Below, one piece after another: positions 61,001 through 64,000 of a DNA stretch of 64,000 nt. How positions within the stretch are numbered: position 1 is the first letter of the stretch; each line of letters begins with the position of its first letter. The notes under the pieces are model-generated. The model had not been told where the DNA came from. It worked only from the letters and a program-made list of their open reading frames with translations, and made no database searches. The stretch is from Alphaproteobacteria bacterium (GTDB lineage: Bacteria > Pseudomonadota > Alphaproteobacteria > UBA11073): the NCBI GenBank assembly GCA_965246755.1, contig OZ251979.1, positions 1,665,129 to 1,729,128 on the forward strand. Reading direction: 5' to 3'. The translations under genes and the position numbers were made by a program.

Positions 61001-61311
61001 TCGATGAATTGACCAGGTTGCACTATGCTTAACCTGAAATGCCCATCAGGCAAACTGGCTAAGAACGTTTGTAAATCGCCTTGAATTGGTCTGGCTGAAT
61101 TTTTTAAATAATCAACAACCTCGGAACCTTTACCAAAAAACTCTGCAATTTCTTCAATAGGCTGAATATTAGCATAACGTTGTTCGCGCAAATGTTTGGG
61201 TACAGTTTTATATTCTAGTGTTACATTGTTCAGCGGCAGCAAATGGTCGACTACCGCATTTTCGGTGGCAGATAATGGCTCTGCAACGGCGGTGGCAACA
61301 GGTGGCGACAT
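58096..61311 (-). CDS. Large orphan protein (Ala-rich helical middle, Q/N-rich tail, C-x3-C-x2-C-x3-C cluster)
   Basis: 1071-aa ORF; TTGACG-N17-TATAGG promoter-like element upstream. Confidence 0.75.
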   Translation of the reverse strand: MSPPVATAVAEPLSATENAVVDHLLPLNNVTLEYKTVPKHLREQRYANIQPIEEIAEFFGKGSEVVDYLKNSARPIQGDLQTFLASLPDGHFRLSIVQPGQFIDINGDSTVYMLSESSGRAAEVRNARHMRQQYNLGPGEIPSERMAAGNEVRLFIESIEKSVADVVKNNLQNTAAGPRTVPDKNLTVGKVALGAADILFNGTRATPGRRRNRDSELKFDVIDGGKTKIANKQLTPDQQNELLTVINKLHAAEQDPLKKLRLAELGGKLVTGKLTLQNLREDATLQDQPLLRDKVGNFEKSSLLDDAIERLAAKAALDPAYAEALALLKAAALAATAAEDVPQLLVDLAVELENTSAIELPARQALLQEQLRDIAAAGTADTHRAHLNVLTPANPDQPVEVEAVDAETHIAASLQARLDDALANNLDPKALANILLAVQQAAQLGVVQELDLSGLHTALSEHDTAVSLLPTTLADGSLSSITPGALAALLKDVSNDAANAGVSAALLQQIDVMANSLRGFDDPQAVPQTARATAPTVDVALQTELRTLAQDAGLALSPADVAGAMTAQRAAELVTALQDNPALADNIAFKKLAQQIVQAQTQPANENAASQAARENASLTANDVASPAANENKVGRIVTQIGELQPVDHMPSIGMATVAKNLEAAQNAPAVPVKNDLDLGSILNKTSGLTSAEIMLLQQSLSNTQARNLLEKYGLLAREGSNLALAVNAQEIVSAVKPDTSDAMRALADGTMTADQVVKTLLTKGSLTAAERKYLIDSGALKEDVTPQPKTVIVNAEREKKPQLRTQNDANQSTLVINNVTNNNAQSAQAQQSANDVQQGQLTNYNAPVVDRVSEATPSNFNDPRYVDIYNQRNLTPEQKSACGKNCKTCNEPCGFKDAMASEERAQKIAAVSEQVVPVANEAPNPFQTRPDEDRVISSHPTAETAFKEVPPQIEKTFRDYNIPENLWGTISEEMRLAGQSYHALNGYTGDPKKCRVMGPIIAAAEERERQAAEQRAQSGANLDPAKQARLAELQAQRDAELRANQNQVPAAAPTGRGGRGQQLPQPGTGG

Positions 61312-61692
61312 TGTTCGACAAACTCTTCAATTGAGAGTCATTCCTATATGAGAATCGCCGCCAGGCGTCAATAGGACGAATTTCGTCCTTTTTCAAAATA
61401 ATGCAGGTAAAATTATCCAAGATGTTGATTTAAAACGTTTTAATTTTGGCGCTTTTATTTTTTCGCCGTTATTGTCCTTTTTAAGTGACTTCTTTAAGAA
61501 GCACCCCGGGAGTTTCTTGGCGATTGATTCAGCTACGGGTTATATAAGGTTTTATTCTTATAATCATTTTAAGAGAGCCATCCCTTAAAATGCCGCAACT
61601 AAACCATGCATTATTTTGTCGACCAAACAATAAATAATAGGAATATATACTTATATTGAGAGCTGAGTCAAGTTTATTTTAAATATCAAAAA

Positions 61693-62613
61693 TTAAGGCT
61701 CTATTGCGCGCGCCGTAATTACTACTTGGCCACGCTTAATTCTAAGCAACAAAGTTTCGTCCCCACTAGCAATTTCTATATGACTTGCTTTAGGTGTTGC
61801 TATAGCTAGAACCAAATTTTGACCACTTATCAAACCTATGTGGCGCTTTATTGTTAAAGGTACTTTACTTACCGGTTTTTGAAGAGGCGCTGGAATACAA
61901 CTGTCATTCAACACTTGCGTCAACATCAATTGCAAATCTTCCTTTTGATAACCTAACAATTCCGCCAAACGGATCAGTGCCAGCGCATCTTGGGCAAAAA
62001 AGCAATTGGCCTGATAATCCATCCGCCGACCTGAAAATTTATCATATCCTTTGATACGGGTGTGGCTGACATAGCCTTCCGATACCAAAGTGTCGCAAGC
62101 TTTCTGAACCAAGTTAGGCTCATTATAACGTATCATAGTGAGATAATAGTTATTTAACGTGCCGGCGCTAGCCAGGGATAACCTGACATGGCTGCCATGC
62201 GCCCTTTTGCAATAATCCAGAGTAGATTTACGTGAGAAATCCCAACTGTCAAAATTTACATCTTGCAAAGCAGGAAAAACCTCCAGCATAATTTGCCGCG
62301 CTTGGGGCAAATCCAGGGCACAAGCGCCGCGGATTAAAATTGCGACTTTCCAGGCCGGTATATGATTTTTATCACCTTGCAAAAATTTTATAAAATAAGC
62401 GGCCGGGTCACTAAGCGCTAGCTTTAGTTTTTCACGATTAATCCCGGATAATGTTTCCAATTTTACAGGATCTTGGTTTTTAAAGGCTGCCTGACATGTT
62501 TTCAGCACATCGCGCATACGCCGCCTGTCTGCGGGCGTACAGCTTAACAAACGTCTGCCAGGCAACGTTTTTTCATAACTTTCTACAAATTGATTTAATA
62601 TAATTTCAGCCAT
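61693..62613 (-). CDS. AT-rich orphan hypothetical protein
   Basis: 306-aa ORF directly downstream of aroC; no family recognised. Confidence 0.65.
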   Translation of the reverse strand: MAEIILNQFVESYEKTLPGRRLLSCTPADRRRMRDVLKTCQAAFKNQDPVKLETLSGINREKLKLALSDPAAYFIKFLQGDKNHIPAWKVAILIRGACALDLPQARQIMLEVFPALQDVNFDSWDFSRKSTLDYCKRAHGSHVRLSLASAGTLNNYYLTMIRYNEPNLVQKACDTLVSEGYVSHTRIKGYDKFSGRRMDYQANCFFAQDALALIRLAELLGYQKEDLQLMLTQVLNDSCIPAPLQKPVSKVPLTIKRHIGLISGQNLVLAIATPKASHIEIASGDETLLLRIKRGQVVITARAIEP

Positions 62614-62651
62614 AAGCCTTAATAACCGAGAGACCGCCTAAATTACAACTT

Positions 62652-63728
62652 TTAAATTACTTTCAACGCCCGTGCGCGCAAATAATGGTCAGCCAGTACG
62701 CAGGCCATCATCGCCTCGCCCACCGGCACGGCGCGGATGCCAACACATGGGTCATGACGGCCCTTTGTTATAATCTCGGTTTCGTTGCCATGAATATCAA
62801 TGGTTTTGACCGGTGTAAGGATAGAGCTGGTGGGTTTAACGGCAAAACGCACCACAATATCCTGCCCGGTCGAGATGCCGCCCAGGATGCCGCCGGCATG
62901 GTTGGAAAGGAAAACTGGCGCGCCGTCTGCACTAATTCGCATCTCATCGGCATTGCTTTGCCCCGTGAGGCCGGCACTGGCGAAACCATCACCGATTTCG
63001 ACACCCTTCACGGCATTAATTGTCATCATCGCGCGTGCGAGATCGGAATCCAATTTGTCATAGACCGGCTCGCCCCAGCCCACCGGCACGCCAGAGGCCA
63101 CGACTTCGATAATTGCCCCGGCGCTTTGGCCCGCCTTGCGCGTGTCATCCAAAAACTGCGCCCAATGATCAACGATAGATGCATCCGGCGTCCAAAACGG
63201 ATTGTTTTGTGTTTCGTCCCAATGCCAATTATCGCGGTTAATTTTGTGCGGGCCGATTTGAATGACGGCGCCGCGAATGATAATGTTATCGCTCAAAATT
63301 TTACGCGCAATCGCGCCGGCCGCCACGCGGGATGCGGTTTCACGCGCGGAGCTTCTACCCCCACCGCGGTAATCGCGGTGACCGTATTTCATATGATACG
63401 TATAATCGGCATGGCCTGGGCGAAACTTGTCCTTGATATCGTCGTAATCTTTAGATTTGGTGTCGGTATTTTCAATCAACAGGCTGATTGGCGCGCCGGT
63501 GGTTTGGCCTTCAAACACACCGGATAAAATTTTGACTGCGTCGGCTTCACGGCGTTGCGTGGTAAAACGGTTTTGCCCGGGTTTGCGTTTATCCAAATAT
63601 CCTTGAATATAATTTTCATCTAATTGAATTTGTGATGGCACGCCATCGACGACGCAACCGATCGCCGGACCGTGGGACTCGCCCCAAGTGGTAAAACGGA
63701 AAAGATGGCCGAAGCTGTTACCGGCCAT
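62652..63728 (-). CDS. aroC: Chorismate synthase
   Basis: 'GESHG', 'RPGHAD', '[11 protein letters not shown]', '[10 protein letters not shown]', 'GRHDPCV'. Confidence 0.98.
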   Translation of the reverse strand: MAGNSFGHLFRFTTWGESHGPAIGCVVDGVPSQIQLDENYIQGYLDKRKPGQNRFTTQRREADAVKILSGVFEGQTTGAPISLLIENTDTKSKDYDDIKDKFRPGHADYTYHMKYGHRDYRGGGRSSARETASRVAAGAIARKILSDNIIIRGAVIQIGPHKINRDNWHWDETQNNPFWTPDASIVDHWAQFLDDTRKAGQSAGAIIEVVASGVPVGWGEPVYDKLDSDLARAMMTINAVKGVEIGDGFASAGLTGQSNADEMRISADGAPVFLSNHAGGILGGISTGQDIVVRFAVKPTSSILTPVKTIDIHGNETEIITKGRHDPCVGIRAVPVGEAMMACVLADHYLRARALKVI

Positions 63729-63733
63729 GTGTG

Positions 63734-64000
63734 TTACTTCTGCATCCCACTAAGCAACTCGCCCGTCACCGGGGCATTATCGACATTCAGCATACCAACG
63801 ACGTGATAGCCGCTGTCGACATGCAGCACCTCGCCCGTGGTGCCGGTGCCAAGATCGGATAAGAGATATAGCGCAGCGCCGCCGCATTCCTGCGTCGTGG
63901 TATTGCGGCCCAGGGGCGCATTCAATTCATTCCACTTTAAAATGTAACGGAAATCACTGATGCCGCTTGCGGCCAGTGTTTTAATCGGCCCCGCAGAAAT
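63734..64000 (-). CDS. fabI: Enoyl-ACP reductase, 3' part (runs off the window)
   Basis: '[17 protein letters not shown]...NAPL...YLLSDL...[11 protein letters not shown]'; typical fabI-aroC order. Confidence 0.93.
   Translation of the reverse strand: MSAGPIKTLAASGISDFRYILKWNELNAPLGRNTTTQECGGAALYLLSDLGTGTTGEVLHVDSGYHVVGMLNVDNAPVTGELLSGMQK

Noticed and set aside
62685-63527. 280-aa antisense ORF over aroC (also 26891..27685 over acnA)
   Set aside because: These are typical antisense shadow frames of GC-rich conserved genes with no motifs.

Overview
This is a chromosomal segment of an alphaproteobacterium, judged from divL, chvI-chvG-hprK-rapZ-EIIA-HPr-ahcY, tsaE-murU-addB-addA-trxA, hrcA-grpE, acnA, folC, aroC and fabI. 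It is probably origin-proximal, since it carries two perfect parS palindromes. Housekeeping genes alternate with visibly AT-richer orphan or degenerate genes. The main highlights are: (1) a preQ1-I riboswitch-led queC-queD-queE-[YgjV-family membrane protein]-queF operon, pointing to a possible new queuosine-precursor transporter; (2) a five-gene operon joining a System II cytochrome c synthase (ResB/CcsB plus CcsA) and a TlpA to an HTTM/SdpAB-like pair, divergent from an exported one-Cys MsrA; (3) a 726-aa orphan hiding a degenerate RelA/SpoT-type synthetase domain; (4) other AT-rich degenerate copies of known folds, namely a sigma-70 lacking the W-dyad, an AhpC lacking its resolving Cys and a DUF59 with an insertion; (5) a FecR/DUF6600 gene split by one TAG at a conserved Trp; (6) REP/REPIN-like palindromes and heptamer hairpins, some in-frame inside genes; (7) a parS flanked by three DnaA-box-like repeats at 22-bp spacing. 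I found one tRNA-Gln(TTG) and no CRISPR, transposase, integrase or rRNA. All family calls come from motif recognition by eye, without database searches.
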